Origin: Adineta vaga
Lineage: Eukaryota; Animalia; Rotifera
NCBI GenBank assembly: GCA_021613535.1
Contig: CP075495.1
Location: 9,920,001 to 9,984,000, forward strand
Direction: 5' to 3'
DNA: 64,000 bases
Below are positions 17,822 through 31,881 of this stretch, piece after piece. Each line of letters starts with the position of its first letter. The stretch's first letter is position 1. Both the position numbers and the translations under genes were made by a program. Below the pieces are notes generated by a model, which made no database searches, was not told the origin of the DNA, and saw only the letters and a program-made list of their open reading frames with translations.

Positions 17822-20536
17822 ATGAAGGATTTTTTGCCGATCATCTTATTACTAACGTATGTGTGTTTTGGTGATGGTTCATCTCCATCGGCCTCATCAA
17901 ATACTACAAAGAATCGTCCACATTTTCCAGTAGTGACAGTAACATTTGATCACGTTTCAAATGTATTCGGTATATGTCTTTGGATTTTACTTGGTATTTT
18001 AGCTAAGATCGGTATGAGTACATTTAGTATCTTCATATTAATTAATCATTTTTTGAACTAGTATTTCATTTATCACATCGTTTAACACAGAAATTTCCCG
18101 AAAATTGTCTTCTGATTATTTTGGGTATTATTGTGGGTATTCTTCTATATATAACACATCTTGAAGAAGAAAAACGTATTTATATACTGAATAGTGATGT
18201 CTTCTTCTTATTTCTTTTACCACCTATTGTGCTGGAAACAGGTTATTTCTTACCAAAACGAGCATTTTTCGATAATCTTGGTACAATACTTCTCCTAGCT
18301 GTACTTAATAAACTATTCAATACAATGTGCATTGGATTAACACTTTGGGGTTTTGGAAAAACATTTTTATATGGTGGTACAACATTTACTTTACTTGAAT
18401 GTTTTCTTTTTGCTTCATTTATTACGGCAGTTGATCCTATAGCTGTTCTAGCAACATTTGTAGAAATTCGTGTCAATGATACATTATATATTGTTGTTTT
18501 TGGTGAATCACTTCTCAATGATGCTGTTTCAATTGTAAGTTTTCTCAAAGATATTCAGTTTTTCTTTTCTATTCTTAACAAAAACATTTCTTTGCCAATA
18601 AGGTTCTCTATCGAATGTTTCAAAGTTTTCTCACAATTGGACAAGATAATCTCGTTGCACAAGATTTTGTTCTCGGTTTTGTCTCATTTTTTGTTGTTAC
18701 GATCGGTGGTATTGGCATCGGTGTTATATTTGGTTTTCTAGCTGTTTTTATGACTAAATTTACTGAAAGAACACCAGTTATTGAACCATTAGTTGTCTTT
18801 ATATATGCTTATATTGCATATATCATCGCAGAAATGACTGGTCTATCTGGAATACTAGCGTATGTTTGATTTTGTAATTGAAATTTCTTATCTTATTTTC
18901 TATTTGTAGTATTACAATATGTGGAATGGTAGGTTATTGTTGCGAATACATATATTTAATTATATATTTATGATTGATATGATTAGATGATGAAACAATA
19001 TGTAGAATATAATATCACAAAAAAATCGATGGCAACGATTGAATATGTATTAAAAATGTCCTCAAGTATTATGGAAACGATCATATTCATGTTTTTGGGT
19101 TTAACTACTGTTTCCGAACAACAAACATGGAATACTGGTTTTGTTATTATTACACTTCTTTCGTGTCTTATATATCGAGCAATCGGTTTGTCAAATAAAA
19201 GTTTCTTCGTTATTTTCTTGATATAATTCAAATGAATTCTTTTTGTAGGTGTAGCATTATTTGCTAATCTTGCAAATATTCGTCGTCTTCTTGAATTAAC
19301 TCGTATAGATATGTTAATCATGTCGTATGGTGGTCTACGTGGTGCACTTGCATTTGCTCTTGCACTTGTTTTAGATGAAAACATAACACCAAGAAAAAAA
19401 GAATTTATAACTGCAGCAACAGTTGTGATTTTATTTACTGTTTTTATTCAAGTAAATATTAACTATAAAGAATATGTTTCATTGTTTTTAATATTTTCTG
19501 TTGTAACAGGGTACAACATTAGGTCCCTTAGTTAAATTACTTAATGTTCGACGAAAACATATCGAAGAACCAACGATGAGTGCAACTCTAACAAATCGCG
19601 TAAGACTTTCTTTATAAAGGTTAACAATTGTTTTCTTTTGTTTCTATTAGATGATGGATCATGTTATGACTTGTCTCGAAGATATTACTGGTATTAGTGG
19701 TGCTAATTCCTTACGTAATAAGTAAGTATTACAGACAGTTGCACTATATTTTATCCTTCTTTTATGGTTTAGATATCATAAATTTGATCGTAATTACATT
19801 AAGAAATGGTTATTACGTGAACAACCACAAGAAAAATTAGATCAACGTTTATGGCAAACATTTCGTAATATTGATTTACAAACAGCTATTAAATTACATG
19901 AAGAACAGCCAGTTAACAAATCATCCGCAGCAACAACATCAACTCCCCATTCACGAACATTACTTGCTGTAATTAATAGTACAAATATGAATCATCGAAA
20001 AACAAGCATTGTTCCTGTGATGTTCGTTATTTTCATCAATATTAAATCTAATCTGATTTGATTTTGTTTTATTTTAGTCTCACTGAAAATGATGATTTTG
20101 TTGTCTTACCACCACAAGCAACAGAAAACACATTACTAACACAAAAAAGGTCCGATAATATAAAAGATTTACTTCATTCAACTATGCATGATACTCATAG
20201 ACGAGTAAGAGAAGAAATCAATTACTCATTCATCGTTTTATTTTATTTTTTGTTCTGAATAGGCAACTATCTACATGCGTAGTCAAGATGAAATCGAAAA
20301 TGATGATGATTTGGATTCAACTACTATACGTATCATCGAACCATCGACATTAATTGATTCGTCAAGATATTTCACCGAACCATGGACTGATAATATACCA
20401 CGACAAAGAAAACTACGAAGTGGTGAGATTAGAAAAAAAGTTAACAAAATAATTCAGTTGATTCTTTTTATTTTGTTTAGATTCAACGGCAACAAATATT
20501 TCATCAACCATCAATATGGGAACATTTCGTTTTTAA
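17822..20536 (+). CDS. Na+/H+ exchanger, SLC9A plasma-membrane (NHE1-5-like) type, multi-exon
   Basis: Signal peptide; FFLFLLPPIVLETGY, AVDPIAVLATF, VFGESLLNDAV, YGGLRGALAFAL, VILFTVFIQG. Includes a 19-nt micro-exon at 18910-18928. Ends ...MGTFRF* at 20536. Confidence 0.93.
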
Positions 20537-21080
20537 ATCCCTCTCTTCTCATTTTCTAATGACAAGATACAAAAATAGCTAGATTATCCATTAACTCATG
20601 TTCGTCCTTTTCTTCCCTATAATAAACTACGAAATAACTTGATAAATATTATGAAATCAATCATGCTAAATACAACAAGGAAAATATCTACTAGATTTAT
20701 CATTAAATAGATTAACTTATACTTGTACATACATTACTCATTTATTATTCTAAATGTTTCGAGTATCAAAACAAAACCTTGACTATATTCGATAGATATC
20801 GATGAAAATAAAAGATACTGAACGATTGATTCTGTTTATTACGTCTTTATCAAAAGAAAAACATTTTCAAATGAATGTAATACAGTTCTATATACGTATA
20901 TGCCAATAGACAAGACAAAAAAAGAATACATTTTTTTATACCGAATGTCTTTTCACAAAAAGAGCAAAAAAACTGTACAAATGAGAGTAAAGATATATAT
21001 ATATGTGTGTGTGTATGAATGAATACGGATGTCTAAATTGACTAGATGAACACGCTTAAAACTCTTTCTATTTTTCCATT

Positions 21081-24000
21081 TCATACAGTCGTTTTTTTCG
21101 ATGATGATATAAGAGAATATGTATTGTTGTTTGTCGTACTCGAACTTGTATTGTTATTCGTATTATGGCTTTCATGAAGTGTTGAATTCATTGACATATT
21201 CCATAACGAGTTATCAGTAACTGCTGGTGTTTGGCGTTCATCTTCATCTTCATCAATATCAAATAATTCATCAGTTTCATCAAACATTGGAGCTGGTCGT
21301 CTTCCAACAGTTAAGATTAATTGATCTGGTGATGTCGATAATAAAGGTACGACTTGATTGCATTCCATACGTGTTACATCTATATTATTTACCTAGAAAG
21401 CAAAGTACATTTATGTCAGATTAGATCTTTATTTAATTTCTCTTTTCAAATGTCAAACATACTTTGTATATTCTCATACATGGCATCAATGTTCCTTCTA
21501 ATTCTGCTGGTCCATTTGGTCGTATTTTATTTACATAGACACCTGTACCATACAGTCGATCCGAAATTGAAAATCCAAAATCTAGTATACGTTTATCACG
21601 ATTTAATACTAATGTAATTGTATCATATTTTGGTCGACTTGCCGATGTTGAACAGTTATCATATTTTGTATCGTAAAAATTGGTATTATTTCTTGATGAT
21701 TTATCATTTAATACTGATGTAAATTGATGATCAGCACCATGTATACTATCGCCACTATCGGAATGACGAATAGCTTCAAGTGGACGGCCATTTGTTGGTG
21801 GCGTTCGAAATCCTGCTGTTGGTGTGATCATACTCATTGAACGATTTGAATGTATCGTTATCGGTACCGACTGTGTTTGATGAGGTTTAAGAACGAAATC
21901 ACCTTCGATGATAAAAAAAAACAAACAAATGAATCGATTTATATGTTCTATTCTTACTTCGTGATGTATGAAGTATTGATGATGTATCTTGATAATTGGA
22001 ATACTGTTGATGATCATTAACAATAATTTCTTTTGTTGCTTCACTATTATCACTAAAACGATGATCTGTATTGGAACTATCCCATGATTCCATTGCCGAA
22101 TCCACAGATGGAGTATAATCTTCTGGATGATGAAATGAACGAGATAATTCTATAGTGACGAGACAAAAAACACAAAAATATTGATTAAGATCGATCTTTT
22201 CTCTTACTTTGTTGTGAATTAATTATTCGAGAGATTTTTAATGTTATTTCATCGCTACTTGCTTGTAATAATTTTATTGCATCATTCAGACCTTTACCAC
22301 GTAGACTAACATCATTGATCGCTAGAATTCGATCACCAATATGAATTGCATTTGTTCTAAAAATGAAATTACTATTTTCAGACCAAAAAAGAAAAACTAT
22401 TTATGTGTAACTTACTTATCTGCTAGACCACCTTCACATAAATCTGAAACGACGATTGGTTCAAAGATATCTTCACTACCTGAGATTGTTAAACCAAGTG
22501 GTCCACTATAGAAAATAAAGAAGAAAATCAATGAAATTCTATTCTTTTTTCTATATTCACTATTACCCTTGTCGATGTAATTGTACTTTATAAACAACAA
22601 CATTTTCGGAAAGATTATCTTCAGCATAAATATCATCTTTTTTTATTTTTAATCGAACAATATCATCACAATTTTTTAATAATGTAACTATTTCATTTAA
22701 ACTTTTTCCACGTAATGAATGTGAATCAATGGATAATAGGCGATCTCCTGGTTGAATCATTCCACAACGATAAGCAATACTACCACGTTTAACATCACTA
22801 ATCAATGGTACTTCATCAGCTCGCGTCGATCGAGAATCTAGAGACAAAAATAACAAAATGATTGAATTAATCATACAAAATGTAAAAGAAAATGAATACA
22901 TACATGTGACAGAAAGACCAAGATCGAGATTTTTTCGTAGAATTTTTACTTGACATGTACCAGACGAAAGCATAACAGAATCTAATAAAAAAAAACAAAT
23001 TAAGACATAGTTATGTAAAGTACAGAGACAAAAGAATATTTACCAACGACATCGAATTCAATTTCAAGATATATTTGATTATTTGATTCTTTTATTATTG
23101 ATCGAGCATCTTCTAACGTCATGCCTTCTAATTGTTGACCATTGATAGCAAGAATACGATCACCTGGTTGAAGTACACTCGATCTAAATATACCAGCAAT
23201 TGTTTCTTTGTAATCGATATTCATTTAAGAATAATTTTCATACCTTTCAGCTACACCACTCGGTTCTAAATATCCGATAATCGGTGGTTGCATTAATATA
23301 TCCGATGCAAATGAAGCACCTTGAAGTGTAAAACCAAAATTGCCTACGGTTTCACCGTCTGAATTATTTCCATTTTGTGATGATGAATCCAGTCGAAGTA
23401 CACATTCCATCACTTCTGTATGACACATTTGATTGCTTAATACTGTCTGATAACATGAATTCAATGAACCTATTGAATACAGAGAAAAAAGCAGAAATTA
23501 AACCTTCACTGTTCGTTTATTGTCAAAAGGATAGCTGAGCGAAAATAATAATCATAGTAGGAAAAATCATATCAGATTCATAAATGGTTATAAGCAGGTA
23601 AAATGCATGATCATTTAAAATAAAAATTATTCGTTCCGAAGCTGAGCAACAATAAAACATATATATATATATGGCATACGATGATGCAGTCGATAGAGCA
23701 AAAATATAAGTATATGAGCGTATTATTATTAATATTATTATTATTAATATTGATGGTGGTGATGCATGTAAGGCAATGATCAAATAGAGGGAAAAAAGAT
23801 AACTGAATCTTTTTTCTTTTATTCATTGAAATTTCTCTGAGCAATTTACCTAACTCACGAAGATTATACATTTTCATAACTGATGGAGAAGTTTTGTTGT
23901 TTGTAGAAGTGGAAGTAGATAATCTATCCAATGATCTGAGACCTATAGATGGATGAGACGAGTTTGTATCTTTTTTTCTTTGTATATCAAAATTTGATAT

Positions 24001-27000
24001 TTTGTTCTTTTCTTTGTCTTCGATAGAAGAAATAAAAACTAACTTAAAGATTAATTTTACTTACTCATTGAATTATGACGTGTTTTATTCATAGATTTTC
24101 TCGGAAGATTTTGATAACTATTTCTCATTGACCAATTGGAGTTTACTGGTGTAGGTGGTAGTGGATTTGTTGATGGTGTACGATAAAAAGCTTGACGTGA
24201 ATTTTCATTAAGATATGTTCGATTAATAGGTGAATGTATTTGTATATCATTCGTTTGATCAATAATAATATTTGATGGTGTTACTTCAATTCGACAGAAA
24301 TCACCTGTACATGAACGAAGAATAGAATTTGCTTCTGATAAAGACATTCCATCAAATGATTTTTGGTCAATTGCATTAATTTGATCACCACAATGAAGAG
24401 CTCCACAACTATAAAATATCCATTCATTTTTTTTCTCATATTACCAAATGACGAATAAAAACATACCGATCAGCAATACTTGCTGGTCTAATTTGATCAA
24501 TAACAATAATTGAACGATTAGTTCGTGTCCATTTTTGTGTTAAACTTATTCCAATTGTTGAACCAGGTGACTTTTCAATTTCAATCAATAATGATCCAGT
24601 AGCATGTTTAACAGTTTCTATATATGATAAATATATATATTTATACATGATGAAGATTATCTTGATAAATATCAATGAAATATTAATTATAACTTACCAA
24701 CTACGGCTACATCATATTCAATCAAAAATAAGGTTGTTCCTCGACATTGTCTCATCAAATTATATGCATCTTGTAGTGTTGCTCCTCCAACACTAATTCC
24801 ATTGATTGCTAAAATTCGATCACCAATTTTAATTGTTCCTTCTCTAGATTAAGGAAAAGAGAAAGAAGAAGAATAAGAACAAGAAATCGTTTCTATTTGT
24901 TAAATATAAAATTCATACTTATCAGCTGGTCCTTGTGGACGTATCTTTGTAATAATAAGTGGTCTTGTTTTGACCTTGTCATCCGAAGCTCCACCACGTA
25001 AAATAAAACCATAACTTTGTCCTTCTTTTTCCAATTGAATTTGAATCGTTTTTGTATGTACTGTATTGATTGCATGTATAGCTAAATATATATATATATA
25101 TAATTATATTCGAATAAAAACTTATGTAGAAAGAAGAGCAAAATCCAAACTATTGATTATACATACGCCATTTAGGTAGATCATATTCGATATCTAATGT
25201 TAATTGATCGCCAGCTTGTTTAATTAAATCGATGACTTGTTCATGTTTTAAACCAGCTGTTTTAATATTATTCACACTGAGGATAATATCACCAATTTCT
25301 AAAACATCAGCTTTTTGTGCGACAGAACCTGTCTTTAATTGAGCTACTCTTGGTTTTCCATCTTTATCACTGCCACCTGATATTGTTAGACCAAGTGGAT
25401 AATTTTCTCGTTTAATTAAATCAACTGTTGTTCGAGCTCGTATTGCTAAAATTTTCAAATGAAAATATCGAAATGAAATGAAATGAAATGTTATTAAACA
25501 TATAAATATTATCAATTATCAATGCATACCACGGAGAGAAAGTAATGGACTAGGTGCTGCCCATTTACATCTTGTTATAGCTCGTTTTAAATCCCACAAT
25601 GAGCCATTACCTTCATTGCTCATCCCTGCTGTTCTTCCGTTAAATATATGTATATATTTATATTTATATACAGGCACAGTGTAGTAAAATGATGGTAGGT
25701 AAGTACAATTCGCGGGTGTAGGACAAAGAGGAGAACAAGTGTCACTTCACTCTCTTTTCTCTTGTCTTTTAGTATTGGCATCGAGTGTTTTCTTTTACCC
25801 TCCCATTTCTCTCTTGCGCTCGTTCTCTCATTTTCTTTTTTTTTGCCTTTGAACTCTGCTATTGCACACATATATACCGCTGGGTTCGATAATATACGTC
25901 TCGTATACTCGTGTTTATGTATATACTACATCATGCTAACTGTATTGCCATGCACCTCATCATCAAGTGTTACTACTAGTACTACTATCATATCATCATC
26001 ATCATCATCATCGTTAAAATGTATTTGTACATATGGATCGACATGCAAACGAAGAGAGAAAGAATTGATCTTTCGAGTATTGCATATGCACACCAATACT
26101 AAATCATCACCTCATATAGCGATCGATTGATTACAAAAGCAATAATCTAACAAATCTCAAGGTGGTTTTTTTTCTTTCTTTACACAAACCTTTTATAATA
26201 ATCTTCTAATCAATTCCATGACAAAGATCATAGACATACATGTCTACATTCATATTATTTATCTTATTCTTTCGTATTACTACGCTTCTAACGCTGTTAT
26301 TATCATTAGCCTTGTCAACCTTAGAGCACAGAGCTTAACTTTTTCACATAAATTATCATATAAATAAAACTTCTGACGGATTTTGTTAAACAATGTCTAT
26401 TCAAATGAATTAGTTTTAATTATTCTAAAGAGAAATTTTATTTAGCTTTTCTACGTTCAATTGTTACACTAAGTTATTATTTCTTTTTATATCAAACTGT
26501 CACTGAACTAGAAGAGAAATATTACACAAGAAAAATGTCATTCATCTTTCTACTGACATATGCAAACGATGAACGTTCTTTTTTTATTATAAAAATATGT
26601 AAGAAGAAAGAATTTCAATGAAACGGCTTCTTTTATATTGCATAGTATTTGACACTTTGTGTCCATTTCTAATCGATTTAAATGTTACCTTGTCTTTCAA
26701 TATGTACATCGTGTTATTAACACATCCATGTTTTTGTTTACAATAACACAAACGAGAGTTTGACGCTTCTAATAATAAAATTAGCAACGCAAACAGAAAT
26801 GTTATAGGAAACGAAGAAGAACAAGGTTTTTTCGTTATTATCAATAGGAAATACATTATTCTTCTAATAGTTATATCTTCAAGGTTGTAATATCAGACAT
26901 GTTAGTCAAATTTTATCTACGAGATAAATTTTCTATACGTGATGAAGATAATCGTACGCCTAAATTTTGTTCATTGATTCCTCTCTTTTTTTCTCATTTC

Positions 27001-30000
27001 TTAAAATGGTGATATTCTAAACGGCATCGACAGGCAAATATTTATTGAAATTTATTCGAGTATTGTTTTTTTCTAAGCTTCAAACTAGCATTTATTCATC
27101 AATGTACTTGAAAATTTTGAAGTTTGAAAGTAAACTGAAAAACGAAAAGGCTTCATACTAGTTCTATATGAAAAGAATAACTAGATTGATGAAATGTCAA
27201 ATGTGTATATCTTACAATCGAAATTTTAATCTCGGGTGTCTATCTTCTACTATTGATTCAGGGATTTAAAGTAGATTATAGATAGATGAAATTGAACGTC
27301 GTACGATTGACTTGTGAATAGTTGAACAATACAAATGAACTCACCTTTTTTATGTGAACCTGTCCTACGTTTTATTCTCCAATCGACTCTCTTTTTTGGT
27401 TTATTTGTCGACGGAGATTTCTGTGATGAACCACATAACATATTCAAATTAAGTACCATTTATCGATTGTCGTTGATGTGTATGATGCGACAATAATGAC
27501 AATGAATGAAGAAAAAAAATGTTCATGTCTTTTTAGTACTTATGTATGATGCTGATCAATTGATCAATATCAATATTCATTGAGCACGACGAGAAGAGAA
27601 GAACGAGAGTGAGAACAAGTAAAAAAAAAAGAAGAACAAGAAGGCGGAGTAAAGGTCATTGTCAATACAATCTCCGCCTAAAGTATATAGAGGTATGAAT
27701 GAATAAATGAACGAATGAATAGAAATAACCAAGAAAAAAAGAGAGAAAAGAGTAAGAAGTGTAGATATATGCGCTTCTTTACACTTAATATGAGAGACCT
27801 TCGACAATCGTGATCAATTGTCGAACTAACGATCAAGACATCGATTACATCTTGTTTCTGTAACTAATTGCGACGAACAAGAACGTCGACGTCATTGTTA
27901 CTAATCACAATGACAAGTGTTACTTGTACATACATTGTACTCGAACATCAAACATTTATTCTAAATGAAACAAAGACTGTGAAGCAAATATTTCGATTCC
28001 TTCTTTTTCTTCTTCTTAGTCTTTTATTAATATAATTATTATTACAGCGGTTACATATGGGACAATATGACATGCCCCTGTATATCAAGCATAGTTATGT
28101 TTCTTGTCATTTCATGTCTCATTCTATCAACACTTCTGATGAATCATTCAAATGATTTCTTCATCAGACACATAAAAGAAAAGAAATTAGTAAAAACAAA
28201 AATATTCTGTTTATGTATGTTTGTTTCACACAATCGATTTCACAAGATACTATGCCAGAAATAATAACTATTGGCACTTGTCCACAATTATAAATAACAT
28301 CTAGGAGATATTAACCATTATCCAATACCATCAAAGAAAGTTATAATGTGTGTTTACTATATATATATATGTATATATCCATCACCCATATCATCGAATC
28401 TATTCAATCTTATGTCTTTTTGTTCTCAATCTAAGACGAACGTATATGTCATAAAATAAACTTTACTTATATATCAACAAAAGATTAACACGAAAGAGCA
28501 GTAGATTTCTTTTTCTCAAAACATAAACAAATCATTTTATTCTTCCTACATAGAAAAATATGTAAACGTTTGTATTTGTTTAAAGAAAGAGAATTCTTAA
28601 CATTTTTTCGCTTTATATATATAATGATTAAATGAAAGATAATATGAACAAGTCTTGATCGATTCTTAAACTCACCAAACTGACCAAAAGTTGTATAAAT
28701 CGTATCTTTACCAATAGTACCAGCGAGTGGACGCCGTTTGGATTGTGGATGAGAGGTACCACATGTACGCAACCATAATAATGGTAATGAACGAAATTTA
28801 GCCAAACGTTGTTCAAATGGAGATGAACGAGATAACTGATTTGCCGTAGATTTACTAATTGGTGTCACGGCGACAAATGAAGGTGATGGTTCAAGTGTCG
28901 CTAACCGATGACTCCAACTCATCACACTATGAGTTTTTCTATTATATAATCTAAGGAATACGTATTGTAGATGAACATATTGTATAGATGAAGATCATAT
29001 TAAATGGGAGATTATAGCGATGAATAAATATACATATGAAAGAAACTGTGCTTCTAGGCTTCGACATTATTCAATGTGTTGTGCCGTATCTAGTAGAAGG
29101 TCAGCACTACTTGAAGCATAGCACAACTGCTGGCAAAAACGCCAGCTATATTATTATCATCATCATCATCATCATCATCATCGCCATCGCATCACATCAT
29201 AATAATGATGTGAGATCAAGTAGCACGAAGACGTTGAAAATGAAGAGAAATGCTTGTCTTTAATAATGCACGTCTTTCATTGTACACTGTCTATCTTCTA
29301 CTGAATGCATGTAGCATGCATGTATACGTATACATGAGAAAAGAAAAGGCGAGGTGGTAAAAAAACCAACAAAAACAACACCATATATATATAAGTAACC
29401 GAAGGATGCGAATAAGACAAAAATGAAAGAATACACGAACGAAAATAAATAACTCACTAAGACCGACATACCATGGAAGTGATATAGAGGCGATGAAAAA
29501 TTGGCAACGTGTAACAGAACAGAAGAGTGCAAAAAAAGCAAGAGAGATGGAGAGCGAAGCACACGTCTCGTTTTCATTCTTGATATATTTTTTTATGTCA
29601 GAAGGACAATGATAAAGGCAAGGTGTCAATGGGCCGCAAACCATACTAATTGAACATCAATCATTTTCGACATTAATGATCGTAAACAGATTTGTTGTCT
29701 ATACTATCAACATGTACATGTATGTTGAAGTTTATCCTTCGATTTTTTTATCTACTTTCACCAATCTATGTAGACTAGTTGATTATCATACTAGATATTT
29801 TCTGATCTACGTATACATATATGTATGTATATATGTGTGTCTCAAAAAAGAACAACAATAACCAGTACCACTCTAACAAATAGAGTCATATATCGAACTC
29901 AGCTGTTACCCATCCATCGTCTTTTCTTCCTGCCTGGTTGATAATATTATCACATCAACAGACACGTTTTTCAGATACTGATAATGATTATAGACAAAAA

Positions 30001-30619
30001 AGACGATACTATAATATATTTAAAACTTACGAATAGGTGAATGAGAACGATGTCGTTGTTTTTGTTCACGACGATGGAGATTTGTTGGACTTGAAGGTAA
30101 ACTATGAATATCGATTGCTGTTATCGTTTCTGCGATATCTTGGAAAGATAAAAAAAGAACGAAGAAAGATAAACACATTATTTTACAATTAATTATTCAA
30201 TCAAGAAATTTCTTTTCCCTTGAAAATAGAGGACAATACTTATTACATTCATTTGAATATCAATTGTACAAAATGAGACAACGAAAAGTAGGCGGTATTA
30301 AGGTTAATCGATAGTTGTTCAAGTAGACTTGAACTAGAAGCAATCATCGATTGCGTTACGAATATATACTTTATGTCAGAGACGAATACTCATCGATTAA
30401 TGATCTCAGTATATTTTTTGAATGGTAAATTTGACTATTGATATTGTTAGGACTGACAGAAACAAAGAAATTTGAGAAGTTCATCGTACCTGTATTGTCA
30501 TGATTAAGTGTTGATAGTATTGAATCGATTTTATTCGATTCATCGATTGCATTTAATGGTAAAGTGGAGATGTTCGTATGGTCTTCACTTTTCAAACAAT
30601 TGATTTTCCAACTTGGCAT
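21081..30619 (-). CDS. GRIP1: Glutamate receptor-interacting protein (multi-PDZ scaffold) with four candidate alternative first exons
   Basis: Serial PDZ domains: [104 protein letters not shown]. This matches the 7-PDZ GRIP layout. The common exon starts at 25445. Candidate first exons: 25623-25530, about 27399-27344, about 28925-28676, and 30619-30490 plus 30138-30031. Confidence 0.9.
29156..29181 (+). repeat. (TCA)n microsatellite in a GRIP intron
   Basis: atcatcatcatcatcatcatcatc run visible directly. Confidence 0.8.
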
Positions 30620-31881
30620 GAGAATTGTTTTGATATTCTTATTAAATAGTAGAGTGAAAGGAAAGGAAAAGGTCCTTTCTTCGTTTTATCTTCGATGTTC
30701 TATTTGACAACTAATACAATCGACTAACGATTACCACCATACACCCACGCACACTCTAGTGGTTACTATATATAATGTTGATGTAGAGAGAAGTAAAACG
30801 ATAGATTGAGAGGATGACAACGACAGAGTATGGTCTAATGTATACATCTCTTGCTGTGTTGTGTGCATGTGTGCGTGTATGTGTATGTATGAAAAAAGGC
30901 CAGTTGATGTCGCGTCAATAGTTGATGGATAGAAAAGAGTTAGAGCAGACTTGAATATGTGTATATACACGAAATGTACGTACAACGATTAGATGTTGTC
31001 TAGTGAATTTATATGAATGTGTTGTATGTCGAAATATCAAACCAATCGTGATCATATGCAAAAGTTTGTTATATATATACACACATCCTTTCGATTTCTT
31101 TCGGTTTTCTTTTTAGCAAATACAATACTATTGCGACAGCGAGAGTAATAATAAAATGAATTAAAAAAACTGACGATGAATCAAAGAAGGAAGAAAGAAA
31201 AAAGAACGAGACGAGAAGAAAGAAAATCGTCCTATAATTACCAATTGAAAGATCAAGACAGTAGCGAGAATAAAGGAAGTTGTCTTCGGTTCACATCGAA
31301 AATGCTTTTTTTTTCTATCGTTTGTTTCATTCAAATTATTAGAAAAAAACACTATTAAATTTCATTTACATATTTAAGAATTACAATCTTGATCGATCAT
31401 TTCAACGCTGTTCTATGTTTAGAAAAAAATAATGAATAAATTCATTTTAAATTACATCATCAACATGGTTTCAGTAATCAATATGAAACCTTATGATCTA
31501 TCAGTACGATATATCTTTAGTTTTTCTTCCTTTCGATATCCCATCTAATCTAGAAAAAAGACAAATTACTTTTCAAAATGATCAAAGCCATAGATATGTG
31601 ATAAGAAAATAACATTTCTTTTACTGTGTTCAAACGTCTTCTCACATCCATCGTACATGTTAGAAGTATGAATGAATAAACTCGAATGAAATTGTTTTTC
31701 TTTTATCAATTTATCTATCAATGACTTCTTCAGAGGTGTAAGTCATAAATTTGAATAAAACAAAAAACAAGAAGAAGAAAAGTATATATTTTGATTTGAG
31801 AAGTATTTATAACCATTATAAAGATATAAAACCATTCGATATGATTGAAAATCACAGATATTATTCTTGTTATTGAAAAGA

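Noticed and set aside
18243-19384. Antisense ORFs over the NHE exons (similar ones lie over the GPCRs and TBC1D32)
   Set aside because: Shadow frames of real coding exons on the opposite strand.
29036-29861. Cluster of hydrophobic ORFs in the GRIP upstream introns
   Set aside because: Explained by microsatellites and purine/pyrimidine tracts, with no domain signal.
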